64,000 nucleotides of DNA, taken from the NCBI GenBank assembly GCA_963765495.1, contig CAVXWP010000001.1, positions 640,001-704,000 of the forward strand. The letters are read 5' to 3'. This document shows, piece after piece, positions 22,093 to 31,915 of the stretch. Every line of letters begins with the position of its first letter. Position 1 is the first letter of the stretch. The notes under the pieces are model-generated. The model was not told the DNA's origin. It made no database searches and saw nothing but the letters and a program-made list of their open reading frames with translations. The stretch is from Blastocatellia bacterium (lineage in GTDB: Bacteria; Acidobacteriota; Blastocatellia; UBA7656). Position numbers and translations under genes: made by a program.

Positions 22093-25000
22093 CTAGCGGT
22101 CTGATCTGGCCAATCTGTTATCTTCTATTTCTTCTTCTTCTTTCTCCTGGGCTATGCCTTCGCGCAAGGCGTCGAATGCGGGCAGTCGCGCGATTTCGGG
22201 CATGGGCGAACCTGCGCCCCGTACAGAAAACCAGATGATCTCGTTCAACACGCGCGGGTCGGCCATGTCGGCGTGCGTCAAATCCTGCTCGTCGGTGCGC
22301 CTCATCCAGTAGGCCGATGTCTGATCGCGCGATGACTGCACCATCAAATTGTTCATAGCCACTTCGGGCAACATCGCTTTGTAGGGGCGCAGGTCGGTTT
22401 GCTTCTGAAAAATATCTATAGGCACGGCCGCCGCATCAAGCTGGTTCATAGGCTCAAGACCGAGCAACATCTCAATCGTGCGAATCAGGCTGACCGTGGT
22501 GTGAAACTCGTGAACGAGCGCGCCCGGACGGTTGTATGCGCTGATGACGAGCGCGGGCGAACGATGCGCGTCTACGTGATCCGGCCCATCCTGCGCGTCA
22601 TCTTCGACTATGAAGATGGCCGTATCTTTCCAGTAAGGGCTGTTGGATACGGCTTCGATCAGGCGACCGACTGCGTAATCATTCTCCGCGACATAAAATT
22701 GCGGCGTAGGATTTCCCACCCTCAACCCGGTTGTGTGGTTGCTTGGGAAACGCAACATGGAGAAGTTCGGCAATCGATCCGGTCGCCCGGCTTCAATATC
22801 GGCCACATAGGTGCGAAACTCTTCAAGCCATTCTCCGAGCCGCGACGAACCTCGAAATCTTTCGTCCGGGTTTGAAGGCATTATGACGGGTTCGATCTGC
22901 GCGCCCGCTTCTTTCGCCGCGCGATAAGATTCCACGGTCATCGAATCCACCGTGTTCAGATCGAAGCTGCGAAATGTCGGGCTGTGATGTCCTTCGAGCG
23001 ATTTCTTTGTGGGGAATGCCTTCACGGTTGGCGAAATATCCGGGTAAGGCTTCGACTTTCTCTTATTGATCGCTTCAACATCGGCTTCGGAAATCGTCCC
23101 TATAAACTCGCCGTAATTTCGATAGCTGAGACCGGCTCGCGCCACCGCGTCCCAGAGGTAAAGCGTTTCCGGCTCCGCGACATCGCGCGAGCCTTTCAGA
23201 TAAGGCACGAATCGTTGCATGTATCCGGCTACGTCACCTGCATCGACGGGAAGGCGAAAGACCGGAGGCAGGGAACCGGGCGGTTCGTAGCTCGGCAGGC
23301 GATTGAAGCCCTCGTAATCGTATGTGCGGCCCCGCCCCGAATAATCCCAGCGATAGGCTTTGTCAACGTAATCGCTTGAGAAGGCCGCCGTTGACCAGTT
23401 GTGCCCGTCGGGGCTTGCCTCGGCGTTGACAAAGAAGCGATCAAACAATCCGAAGCGCAGGGCCAGCGCCCGATGATTGGGCGTTATGTTTTGACTTGCG
23501 CCGCCCGAAAGACGAGCCGCCTCGCCCGCGCCGAAGATGGCAATCTGCGGGTCGCCGTCGGCCGGAGCCCCGTTGCCCGCTCGTTCCAGATCGCCGAAGA
23601 TTTGATCATAGGTCCGATTCTCTTTTATCACATAGATAACATGTTTGATCGGCGACGGCCCGGCAAATAACGCCGCGCGGCGCTCGCCCACAAGACCGTT
23701 GTTGCGCATCACCTGTTGAGTGTAATCGGAAAGTTGCTTCTCGCCGGGTTCGGCCAGCCAGCTTATGTTGCCCGATATGAGAGAGAGGATGTATTGCCCC
23801 TCTCCGTTTCGCTCTCGGCTCGAGGGGAAGCGGTCGTTTGATGTGTTGGGCGAGAAGCCCGAATTGTTTGCCACTACGGATGAATTCTCGAACCCCGTCC
23901 CTTTGCCGTTGCCTATAAGGACGCGCCCCGCCGCCACGGCGACCGCTGACGGATACTGCCCCGTAGGAATGAACCCGCGCACCCGGCTTCGTTCCCAGTT
24001 TTGATTATCTCGTTCTTCACGTTCTTCACGTTCTTTTCGCCCAGGCTTTTCTTCGCCGCGTGCTTCTTCTGAGAGAGCCACAACCGCCACCGAATTGCTG
24101 TGAGCGTTTGCAACATAAAGCGTAGCTCCGTCGGCGCTCAAGGCGAGGCTTTCGGGGCTCACGCCGAGCGGTGTACCCTCTTTCAACTTAACGCTTATGC
24201 GCTCGATTTCCCGATCATTTTCGGTCTCTATTACCGAGACGCTGTCGGCATCGGAGTTCACGACGTAGAGCCGCGAGCGCGACTTATTCAAAATCATTGC
24301 GGTCGGATGTCGCTCTACCGCGATGAAAGAAGCGGGTCGCTCGGGTCTCTGCGGATCGACTACGGCGATCGAGGCGTCGTTCCAGCAAGAGACATAAACT
24401 TTAGCGACTTTGGCCGTTTGCGCGTTGTCGGGTGAGGCGAGCGCGACCACTCCATAAGGGTAGATAAATTGATCGGCGTTGTTGTGGTGCAGGTCTACGC
24501 GGGTGATCATTCGCTGGTCGCGCAGGTTGCTGATAATGCCCAGATTATCGCCCAGGTTGTTGGCTACATAAAGCGTCTCTCCGTCGGGGCTGATGGCAAG
24601 CCCCGTCGGATAGACCGCCGCGCGGTTATCGTTGTAATTGGGCGAAGGCGCGGCAGTAGCAAACGCGCTGACATCAATAAAGGGCGCTTCAACCCGGGTA
24701 TCGGGTCCGGGCGATGTGGGCATTATCGGCACGCTTGCTTCGGGTCGGAAGCGAAACATCCATATCTTGTTTTCGAATCCGCCCGAAGCGTAGAGCGTAT
24801 AGGTTCCATCACTTTCGGGTTGAGGCGAAAAGACGAGACCGACGTTGACGCTCTGCGGCGAAGGGAAGTAGATGTTTTGAATGACCGCAGGCGCAGGTTT
24901 CCGGTTTAGATCAATCACGGCGAGTGACTGGTTGGCGCGATTTTCACCCGCGTTGAATTGAATGCCAAACCCGGAATTGACGGCGATCAGGTAGCGCCCC

Positions 25001-25242
25001 GCCTTGTCGGGTCCAAGTGTGTCGGGGCTGCGCACGAAATCTACGGGGAGCGCGCCGACCGCCGCCTGCCGGGTACTGACATCTAAAACGAGCGAGCCTG
25101 CGGGTGTGAGTGGACGTCCCTGAATCGCGGGGTTATTTTGGATTTTTATGTCCGCAGAAGAAGCGAGCAAGCCTGCTGTCGCAAAAGACAGTATGGCTGC
25201 AAGGGCGACTGCCTGTGCGAGCCGCGAGCGGGAAGAGATCAT
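22093..25242 (-). CDS. YncE-type beta-propeller / alkaline-phosphatase-superfamily (phosphoesterase) fusion
   Basis: Signal peptide, YVTN-like repeats (LYVANN, LYVVNS), IKHVIYVIKENRTYDQIFGD, EDDAQDGPDHVDAHRS; SD AAGGAGG. Confidence 0.88.
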   Translation of the reverse strand: MISSRSRLAQAVALAAILSFATAGLLASSADIKIQNNPAIQGRPLTPAGSLVLDVSTRQAAVGALPVDFVRSPDTLGPDKAGRYLIAVNSGFGIQFNAGENRANQSLAVIDLNRKPAPAVIQNIYFPSPQSVNVGLVFSPQPESDGTYTLYASGGFENKIWMFRFRPEASVPIMPTSPGPDTRVEAPFIDVSAFATAAPSPNYNDNRAAVYPTGLAISPDGETLYVANNLGDNLGIISNLRDQRMITRVDLHHNNADQFIYPYGVVALASPDNAQTAKVAKVYVSCWNDASIAVVDPQRPERPASFIAVERHPTAMILNKSRSRLYVVNSDADSVSVIETENDREIERISVKLKEGTPLGVSPESLALSADGATLYVANAHSNSVAVVALSEEARGEEKPGRKEREEREERDNQNWERSRVRGFIPTGQYPSAVAVAAGRVLIGNGKGTGFENSSVVANNSGFSPNTSNDRFPSSRERNGEGQYILSLISGNISWLAEPGEKQLSDYTQQVMRNNGLVGERRAALFAGPSPIKHVIYVIKENRTYDQIFGDLERAGNGAPADGDPQIAIFGAGEAARLSGGASQNITPNHRALALRFGLFDRFFVNAEASPDGHNWSTAAFSSDYVDKAYRWDYSGRGRTYDYEGFNRLPSYEPPGSLPPVFRLPVDAGDVAGYMQRFVPYLKGSRDVAEPETLYLWDAVARAGLSYRNYGEFIGTISEADVEAINKRKSKPYPDISPTVKAFPTKKSLEGHHSPTFRSFDLNTVDSMTVESYRAAKEAGAQIEPVIMPSNPDERFRGSSRLGEWLEEFRTYVADIEAGRPDRLPNFSMLRFPSNHTTGLRVGNPTPQFYVAENDYAVGRLIEAVSNSPYWKDTAIFIVEDDAQDGPDHVDAHRSPALVISAYNRPGALVHEFHTTVSLIRTIEMLLGLEPMNQLDAAAVPIDIFQKQTDLRPYKAMLPEVAMNNLMVQSSRDQTSAYWMRRTDEQDLTHADMADPRVLNEIIWFSVRGAGSPMPEIARLPAFDALREGIAQEKEEEEIEDNRLARSDR

Positions 25243-25554
25243 AAATGAGCCTCCTTATAAAGAGCCTTGATGCCGAAAACCTTAGCATCAATCCTCGTTT
25301 CATACTACCTGATCTCTTCGTCCTCGATTTAACGGAGTGTTAAATCCTCGTTTTACGAAACCGTTTACTTCAGAGAGCAATGTACTCATTCGGGTTGCCC
25401 CTACAGGCTACATTGATTTGAAAACCGCTATAGATCAAATAGGGACTGATCCGCGTAAATCCGCCCGATCCGCGTGTGGTAGCAGCATTGAGCCGGGCCG
25501 CTTGCCTTCGGGCACGTTGGCCCGGCTATTTGTGCACTCATCTTTACAATGCGC

Positions 25555-25618
25555 GAACGGCAGTGATGGGGCGGTAAGCAACTTGCGTCGCGCGCTCCGG
25601 TGCGACCGCCAGTTGGGT
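25555..25618 (-). mobile_element. Truncated integron attC-like site (left half)
   Basis: 43 nt past the 25661 stop on the minus strand: R'' ACCCAAC, 5 bp, L'' GTCGCACC, GGAGCGCGCG; right arm missing. Confidence 0.45.
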
Positions 25619-25660
25619 CTGGCGTAGCTGACAAAACGCAACTTCGCCAGGTATAGAATT

Positions 25661-26296
25661 TCATTGTGAGGAATTCCTTCTTTGTGGCTTTCCAATTAAG
25701 CGAAGACTCTCACCGCTTAAATGATATTCCAGCGGCACGATATATTTCGGCGAGGCATGCGGGCCATCTGCAAACACTTCAATTTCGAGGTTGCCACTTC
25801 TTATCTTTAAGTCGTTACCAGTAACGCCCCAATAAGTTTCAGTATCAGGATAATAGTGGCGATAATCCCTCTCCATGTCCTTGTCGCTGATCTCTGCAAG
25901 TAATGTTGTGCGGCCATCTTTGATTGTGTAGATATAGACTTCCGAGAGACTGAAGTTGGCCATCATTGCACCACAGCCAATAGGTACGATTGCGTCTTCA
26001 CGCCCATCGCCCGTCACATCGCCGTAAATAACCAAATTATCTTGAACAGCGAAATAGACATTCTTATTCTTGAACTCGCCTTTACGCACGCGAACTGTCT
26101 TGCCGATACCCTTTTTGCCAAATTCCTGCGAGCATAGAGAGGAAGGATAGGTGAAGTTGAGGAAATCAACTTGCCGAATATCGGTTATGGTGTCTGCGCC
26201 TGGTGTTGAGTCTGGTCGTTTACTACTCGACTGAGCAACACCGCTTGTAGCACACAGCAAAATTATCGTCAGGCACGAAATCATTTCTCTTCTCAT
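25661..26296 (-). CDS. Secreted hypothetical protein (probable former integron cassette gene)
   Basis: SD AAGGAG; signal peptide; IRQVDFLNFTYP and YGDVTGDGREDA motifs; visibly more AT-rich than its neighbours. Confidence 0.75.
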   Translation of the reverse strand: MRREMISCLTIILLCATSGVAQSSSKRPDSTPGADTITDIRQVDFLNFTYPSSLCSQEFGKKGIGKTVRVRKGEFKNKNVYFAVQDNLVIYGDVTGDGREDAIVPIGCGAMMANFSLSEVYIYTIKDGRTTLLAEISDKDMERDYRHYYPDTETYWGVTGNDLKIRSGNLEIEVFADGPHASPKYIVPLEYHLSGESLRLIGKPQRRNSSQ

Positions 26297-26329
26297 CTTT
26301 CGTCTCCTTCTGTTTAGGATCGGGTAAGC

Positions 26330-26408
26330 GCCCAGCGACGGAGGTAACTGGCGCGCCGAGGGATAATGAGTAGCTGGTATGCGCGTCCGGTTGATCGACC
26401 TGTCAGGC
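26330..26408 (-). mobile_element. Degenerate integron attC site (79 bp)
   Basis: Minus strand R'' GCCTGAC-5-L'' GATCAACC...L' AGTTACC-6-R' GCTGGGC with two unpaired bases in the stem; AAC/GTT cores mutated. Confidence 0.6.
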
Positions 26409-26573
26409 GCGTTCCCGTTTGTCGGTTCGTTAGAGTTGGTCCCTGCCGCCCTACAAATCGAGTACTCGCCTCTTCCCATAAACACACTGTGGTACTCCCC
26501 TATTGTCAGGACAACAATAGTCGTTCTTGCCGGAAGCCGTGGGACACCAGCGTCCCGGAAAAAGGGGGCAGAG

Positions 26574-27182
26574 TCAATTCACCTTTTTGATGCTCTTGAC
26601 GAATGCCGCTAGTTCCTTTTGGTGCTCTTCGTAAGCACCGGGCGCGGCGAAGCTCAGGGCAATCACCGGTTTCTTGGCTTCGATCAAGACGGCGCTCCAT
26701 TCAATTGCCACGCCGTCAACTTCGCCGGTGCCGTTGACGCTGTAGACTGTCAGGCCGTTGAGCATACCTTTCTGCGGCTCGCCGCTTGGCTTCATATTTT
26801 TCATTATCTTGTCGAACTCTTCGTCGAGGGCATTGAGCGATTCCTTGACTGTGTCTTCCTCTGTCACCCAGAAGATGACGCTGAGAGTGCCGTCGGCCGA
26901 GGTGAGCGTCATCATATCGCCATCCGCTTCGGCTTCCCACGACGGCGGCGCTTCAAACTGCAAGCCGCTTGCGGCGTGCGTGTAGAGGTGGTCGCCACTT
27001 TCGGTTGACACCGGTTGCGGATGGGCCTTAGCAGCGGCGGGTGCGGGGCTCATGGCTGGCGCGAGATTGGCGCTGGCCGTATTGGCAGTTGTAGTGTTGC
27101 TAGGCTTGGGCCCTTCTTTCTTGCGCGCGCCCGTGCTCAGCGCAAACATCGTGAGGATTACTATAAGCTTTATTTTCTTCAT
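26574..27182 (-). CDS. Exported lipoprotein-like protein (lipobox Cys position reads Arg)
   Basis: SD AGGGAG; MKKIK + hydrophobic core + LSTGA-R-KKE; Ala/Pro/Asn linker; PsbP/DcrB-like domain (GLQFEAPPSW...FVKSIK). Confidence 0.7.
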   Translation of the reverse strand: MKKIKLIVILTMFALSTGARKKEGPKPSNTTTANTASANLAPAMSPAPAAAKAHPQPVSTESGDHLYTHAASGLQFEAPPSWEAEADGDMMTLTSADGTLSVIFWVTEEDTVKESLNALDEEFDKIMKNMKPSGEPQKGMLNGLTVYSVNGTGEVDGVAIEWSAVLIEAKKPVIALSFAAPGAYEEHQKELAAFVKSIKKVN

Positions 27183-27581
27183 GGTTTCTTTGTCTCCCTT
27201 GTGTTTTTTGATGAGATTCATGCATTCCAACCAGCTCAAGCAAAATCAGGAGTTTTGCCATCTCGTGTTTTGTGATCTCATGAACTAAGGGGTAATTGGC
27301 GGGCAAATGTGTTCAAGACAGGAATAATATTTTTTTGATGTGGGAGTATTCAGGGTACTCTACACGCGTTGGCACTACAACCACAGCGCCCGCGCGTCTG
27401 AGAGACTCCTGACAGCGAATCTGAGAGGGGCTGAGTCGTCCACCTTTGCCCCTCCTCGTCTCGACCGCGAGCAGCCTGCCGGTACCAGGGAGGCACCACG
27501 TTACATCGGGCCATCCATCCGTGGGAACCGCGCGCGCTGCGATCTCTCCGCTATCGTCACCGCCTATTCCACAATCTTAAC

Positions 27582-29573
27582 TCACAACCCCGGACGGCTG
27601 GCGCGCTTCTCGTCGGATTGCTTCTTCACCACCGTGATCTTGAGTTCTGACGGATACTGCTTTGAGTGATGGACGACGTTATGCGCGACGATGCCTCGTG
27701 TTTCGTCGTAGTTCTTCCCGCCCGTGTTCATGTTGCGATCAAAGCGCGGGAAGTTGCTGCTCGATACCTCCAGTCGAATCTGATGCCCCGCCTCGAAATA
27801 ATTACTCGTCGTCATCGGCTGCAACGTCACCTTGTACACCTTCCCTGCCTCCATCCACACAGGAGGTTTATCGTACCCATCGCGATATCTCAGCCGCTGT
27901 ATAGTCTCGTCCAGATTGTAGGCCCGCCCGTCTGGATACACGTCTATCAGCTTCACTGTGATGTCCGTGTCCTTCGCATCCGACGATACATAAAGCGTCA
28001 CCTCGATTGGACCGCTCACCTCGACTCCCTCCTTCAGAGGCTCAGTGCTGTAAACCAGAATGTCGGGCCGCTCTTCCATCTTGCGCTGATCGAAAGCACC
28101 GCCCTGCACGGCGGTCCCCGTACAGCAGACATTCCCTCCATATGACATCACCGGATTCATCGGGTCGTAGTCAAATTTATCGGGTTTATCCACGGTTGGG
28201 GCCGTAACGCTCAGCACCCCATCGCCCTTCAGCGTATTCGCCTTCCCGCCGCTCGACAGAAAAAAGCTCATCGGCTGCGCCCCTTCGGGCGGCCACGTAT
28301 CCGACGATTGCCACTTATTGATTCCCATCGTGTAGTAACGCACCTTTGGCATTGTTTCGAGAATGTGGTTGCTCTCTCCTTTGAGGAAATAATCAAACCA
28401 GGCCCAGGTCAACTCGTCATAATTCAGCCGCGCGTCTCCAAGGTTGCGCTCGCCTACGATTGTATTTTCGGTAGCACGTTTGTAGGAACAGTGGAGAGTT
28501 GGCGCGATCACTGCGTACTGCTGGTTGGCGATCTCTGGCCTGGCAGTCTTCCGCACGTGATTGTAGGCAGCAAGGTTTGGCCCTACCGACACGTCGTACC
28601 ACGACATGAACCAGAATCCCGGCACGTTGATTGTCATCTGGTCGTGCCACAACCCTCCCTTGTACCACGCCGGATCGTTTGGCGCGCGCTCGATCATCGC
28701 GCCACCAGTATCAACAGCCATGTGGTCGGCGAAAATGCCATGCGGACCATCCACAGCCTTAATAATATCCTTGACGGGGAGATGCTGTAGCGCCTCAGAC
28801 CAATCGACCCTCGGCAACTGCTGAGCCAGATCGAACGACTTTGATGCGCGAATCAACTCCTCCTGCGATGTATTGGGCGGAAACATCGGCCGTACCTGGT
28901 TCTGCTCTCCGTAGAGCCATGCAATAAACAGCATCTGCACCGCGCCGCCGCGATACCAGTTCCCCTGCTCGAAGTACGGACCCACGCGCCCCACCCCTGC
29001 GCCAAATCCTTGTGGGATCATCGCCGCAAAGGCCGGATTGCCCTGTGCCGCAACCGCCAACTGCCATTCGGCGGTCGAGGAACAGCCAATCGTGCCGACC
29101 TTGCCGTTTGACCACGGCTGATTGGCCATCCACGATATGGCGTCGTCACCGTCGCTCAGCGGTGGGCCCAAAATGTCATAGTTCCCTTCGGAGAAAAAGT
29201 GTCCGCGCTCGTTCATCTCGACAAAGACGTACCCGCGTTTTACCGCTTCGAGTTCTTTGCTCATATCGCGCGGCGCGCCGATGCGAACATCCCAGAAGTT
29301 GAAGTTATATGGGGTTCGGACGAAAATCACGGGATACTTTTTCGATCTGTCTTTGGGGCGATAGACATCCGTCGCCATGCGCTTTCCGTCGCGCATCGCT
29401 ACCATGAGCTTGCGCTCGATAATCGCAACTGACTCCAACTCTTTCTCAAGCTCGTTTCGATGGGCAATCAGTTCCGGGTTCGCGGCTTCTCGCCCCTGTG
29501 CAGAAGCGCTTTGAATTGCTGCGACGAATCCTGCTCCAATAAGTATCAAGACCCAGACTATCTTTATTCGCAT
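27582..29573 (-). CDS. CocE/NonD family serine hydrolase (PepX-like C-terminal domain), exported
   Basis: [54 protein letters not shown]. Confidence 0.9.
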   Translation of the reverse strand: MRIKIVWVLILIGAGFVAAIQSASAQGREAANPELIAHRNELEKELESVAIIERKLMVAMRDGKRMATDVYRPKDRSKKYPVIFVRTPYNFNFWDVRIGAPRDMSKELEAVKRGYVFVEMNERGHFFSEGNYDILGPPLSDGDDAISWMANQPWSNGKVGTIGCSSTAEWQLAVAAQGNPAFAAMIPQGFGAGVGRVGPYFEQGNWYRGGAVQMLFIAWLYGEQNQVRPMFPPNTSQEELIRASKSFDLAQQLPRVDWSEALQHLPVKDIIKAVDGPHGIFADHMAVDTGGAMIERAPNDPAWYKGGLWHDQMTINVPGFWFMSWYDVSVGPNLAAYNHVRKTARPEIANQQYAVIAPTLHCSYKRATENTIVGERNLGDARLNYDELTWAWFDYFLKGESNHILETMPKVRYYTMGINKWQSSDTWPPEGAQPMSFFLSSGGKANTLKGDGVLSVTAPTVDKPDKFDYDPMNPVMSYGGNVCCTGTAVQGGAFDQRKMEERPDILVYSTEPLKEGVEVSGPIEVTLYVSSDAKDTDITVKLIDVYPDGRAYNLDETIQRLRYRDGYDKPPVWMEAGKVYKVTLQPMTTSNYFEAGHQIRLEVSSSNFPRFDRNMNTGGKNYDETRGIVAHNVVHHSKQYPSELKITVVKKQSDEKRASRPGL

Positions 29574-29827
29574 GCTTATACTCCCTGGAAAGGACGCCGG
29601 ACTGCGCGTCGAATTCATAGTTTATGAGTGACTCACCCCTCTTTCTATCTCACCGCAGCCGTCCACGCAAGCGGATTGGCGAATTTGATGAGCCTGCGAC
29701 AGCCACGTGTCTTCAAACATCTGAACATACCTCAAATGCTGCTTCGCTCGATCTTATTCCATCAAAAATGCTCGCGGAAAGTGGTTAGGTGCTGGTAAAC
29801 TGGGGGCCGGTTCGCGAGATTTCTGAT

Positions 29828-29889
29828 AGATCGCAATACATCGGGCCTTATACATCGGGCCTTTGTGTAATGCGAATGTATTGCGATCT
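29828..29889. repeat. 14-bp inverted repeat overlapping a 14-bp tandem duplication
   Basis: AGATCGCAATACAT (29828-41) / ATGTATTGCGATCT (29876-89); ATACATCGGGCCTT x2 (29836-63). Confidence 0.75.
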
Positions 29890-29923
29890 GTGAAACCATT
29901 CCACACGCAACGAAAGGTACATC

Positions 29924-31501
29924 ATGCGAAGCTCCTTGCTCGTCTGTCTTATCCTTGTATTGACCTTCTCACCCGTCCTTGCCCAACAGCACGGACGGCA
30001 ATACTCCAAAGCGTCTACCCCTTCGACCGATGGCTCTCGGGCTCTGCCCCGCAGTTCTCCCGAGCGTCAGGGAATCTCATCATCGGCCATTCTGGCGTTT
30101 GTCGAAACCGCAGACAGAGAGATCGACGCGATGAACAGCTTTATGCTGGTGCGGCACGGGCAGGTCGTCGCGGAGGGGTGGTGGGGACCCTATGACGCGA
30201 AGACCCCGCACATCCTGTACTCATTAAGCAAGAGCTTCACCTCAACGGCCGTCGGGCTTGCAATCGCGGAAGGGAAATTAAGCCTCGATGACGAGGTGTT
30301 GAAGTTCTTCCCCGAAGATGCTCCGGCCGAGCCTTCGGCCAATCTCAAGGCTATGCGGGTGCGTGATCTGTTGCGAATGGCCACGGGAAACCAGACGGAA
30401 GCCCAGATAAGGCAGGCCGAACCGGGATCAAAGGATGAACCGTGGACGAAGAGGTTTCTGGCGCACCCGGTACCGTTCAAGCCGGGTACACACTTTCTCT
30501 ATAACTCGCCTGGCACGTATATGCTATCGGCCATCGTACAAAAGGTGACCGGCATGACGGTGCTTGACTATCTCCGTCCGAGGCTTTTTGAGCCGCTGGG
30601 CTTCGAAAATCCAACCTGGGTGACGAGCCCGCAGGGGATTTCGGCGGGCGCCTACGGTCTGTCGGTGCGCACGGAGGAAATAGCACGCTTTGGACAGTTG
30701 TACCTCCAGAAAGGCATGTGGAAGGGTCGGCAACTCATACCCGCAGCGTGGGTCGAGGAAGCGACCGCGCGGCAGACTTCGAACGGTTCTTCTCCCAAAA
30801 GCGATTGGGATCAGGGCTATGGTTACCAGTTCTGGCGCTCGCGTCACAACACTTATCGAGGCGACGGGGCATTCGGGCAGTACTGCATCGTCATTCCTGA
30901 CCTTGACGCCGTTGTGGCGATCACAAGCGGCGTGCGCGACATGCAGTCTGTGATGAACCTGGTCTGGGATATGCTTCTTCCGGCGATGAAGCCGAATCCC
31001 CTGGCGGAAGATGAGGCAGCCCGCCGGAGACTTGAGGCGAAGCTCGCAGGTTTGACGGTTCGTCTCCCTTCGGGCCAGCCCACTGTACCGCTCGCCGCGC
31101 AGGTATCACGGAAGTGGTATGAGTTTTCCGAAAACGACCGTGGCATCCAGGCGATGGCGTTCGATTTCAACTCGGGTACGCCTGCGCTCATGGTTCGCAC
31201 GTCCGAGGGGGAAACGCGGACCCTGATCGGGGTCGGGTCCTGGACGAAAAACCGTGAGGGCTTCGCAAACGGTCTCGACCGATTCCTGAGCGTGCCGACC
31301 CACCCCGAGGTCGCCGCAAGCGGGGCCTGGACGGCAGGGGATACCTTCACCGTCAAACTGGTTCTGGACGAGACGCCGTTTTATTCTATGCTGACGTTTC
31401 GATTCGACGGCGACCGGCTCCTGCTCGATGCGGAACACAATGTCGCGTTCGGCCCTACGAAACTGCCGCAACTGATCGGGCAGGCAGCCTCGATCAGGTA
31501 A
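29924..31501 (+). CDS. Beta-lactamase class C-like serine hydrolase, exported
   Basis: SLSK (SxxK), FLYNS (YxN/S), GYGYQFW, GDGAFGQ; signal peptide. Confidence 0.88.
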   Translation: MRSSLLVCLILVLTFSPVLAQQHGRQYSKASTPSTDGSRALPRSSPERQGISSSAILAFVETADREIDAMNSFMLVRHGQVVAEGWWGPYDAKTPHILYSLSKSFTSTAVGLAIAEGKLSLDDEVLKFFPEDAPAEPSANLKAMRVRDLLRMATGNQTEAQIRQAEPGSKDEPWTKRFLAHPVPFKPGTHFLYNSPGTYMLSAIVQKVTGMTVLDYLRPRLFEPLGFENPTWVTSPQGISAGAYGLSVRTEEIARFGQLYLQKGMWKGRQLIPAAWVEEATARQTSNGSSPKSDWDQGYGYQFWRSRHNTYRGDGAFGQYCIVIPDLDAVVAITSGVRDMQSVMNLVWDMLLPAMKPNPLAEDEAARRRLEAKLAGLTVRLPSGQPTVPLAAQVSRKWYEFSENDRGIQAMAFDFNSGTPALMVRTSEGETRTLIGVGSWTKNREGFANGLDRFLSVPTHPEVAASGAWTAGDTFTVKLVLDETPFYSMLTFRFDGDRLLLDAEHNVAFGPTKLPQLIGQAASIR

Positions 31502-31667
31502 AGGGTTCAACCGGCGTAACTGGGCAGGCGCGTACGCAAAGCTCGCCGGGGCCGTTTAGTTTTGATCCGCGTTCGTCCTGGCCTATTCCCATTTTCCTAT
31601 CCTAAATGTTGGGAACTGAATAGCCCCGAAGCCCGTAAGAAATTTTTGTTAAGTTTTTAAGAAGTAC

Positions 31668-31697
31668 TTGACTCTGCTCGCCGCCGAATGCTATACG
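31668..31697 (+). promoter_or_regulatory. Sigma-70 promoter of the cys leader/operon
   Basis: TTGACT-18 bp-TATACG with extended -10 TG; predicted start site a few nt upstream of ATG 31709. Confidence 0.55.
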
Positions 31698-31708
31698 TTG
31701 ATTGTCGT

Positions 31709-31825
31709 ATGGAAGACTATAGGCTTATGAACCGAATGCTTTGTGGTATCTGTTGCATCTGTTGTTGCGCGCCAAAGGCGCGCAGGCTGAAGCCTATAGT
31801 GGAGGTATGCTATCGTAAAAACTGA
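31709..31825 (+). CDS. Cysteine-rich leader peptide MEDYRLMNRMLCGICCICCCAPKARRLKPIVEVCYRKN (alternative starts 31727/31736)
   Basis: Hand translation; 6 Cys in 9 codons; lies between promoter and terminator upstream of sulfate assimilation genes. Confidence 0.8.
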   Translation: MEDYRLMNRMLCGICCICCCAPKARRLKPIVEVCYRKN

Positions 31826-31853
31826 GTAATAGACTCAGATTATAGAGTTACCC

Positions 31854-31897
31854 AAAACCCACTATTGGCTTTAGCCGATGGTGGGTTTTTCGTTTTT
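31854..31897 (+). terminator. Attenuator terminator of the cys leader
   Basis: AAAACCCACTATTGGC-TTTA-GCCGATGGTGGGTTTT stem followed by TCGTTTTT, ending about 20 nt before the cobA start. Confidence 0.85.
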
Positions 31898-31915
31898 GCG
31901 GATGTAAACGATACG

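Noticed and set aside
29924-31501. Functional antibiotic-resistance beta-lactamase
   Set aside because: SxxK-family esterase/peptidase-like protein without the AmpC KTG motif and with an extra C-domain; resistance cannot be inferred from sequence.
31500-31590. Further attC site after the serine hydrolase gene (also 27400-27480)
   Set aside because: Only fragments (GTTCAACCGG, GTTCGTC); no paired R''/R' boxes at the right spacing.
31700-31900. T-box or SAM riboswitch upstream of the cys operon
   Set aside because: No T-box AAGGTGGTACC-like or S-box ATC.AGA motif; the Cys-codon ORF and alternative helices explain the region.
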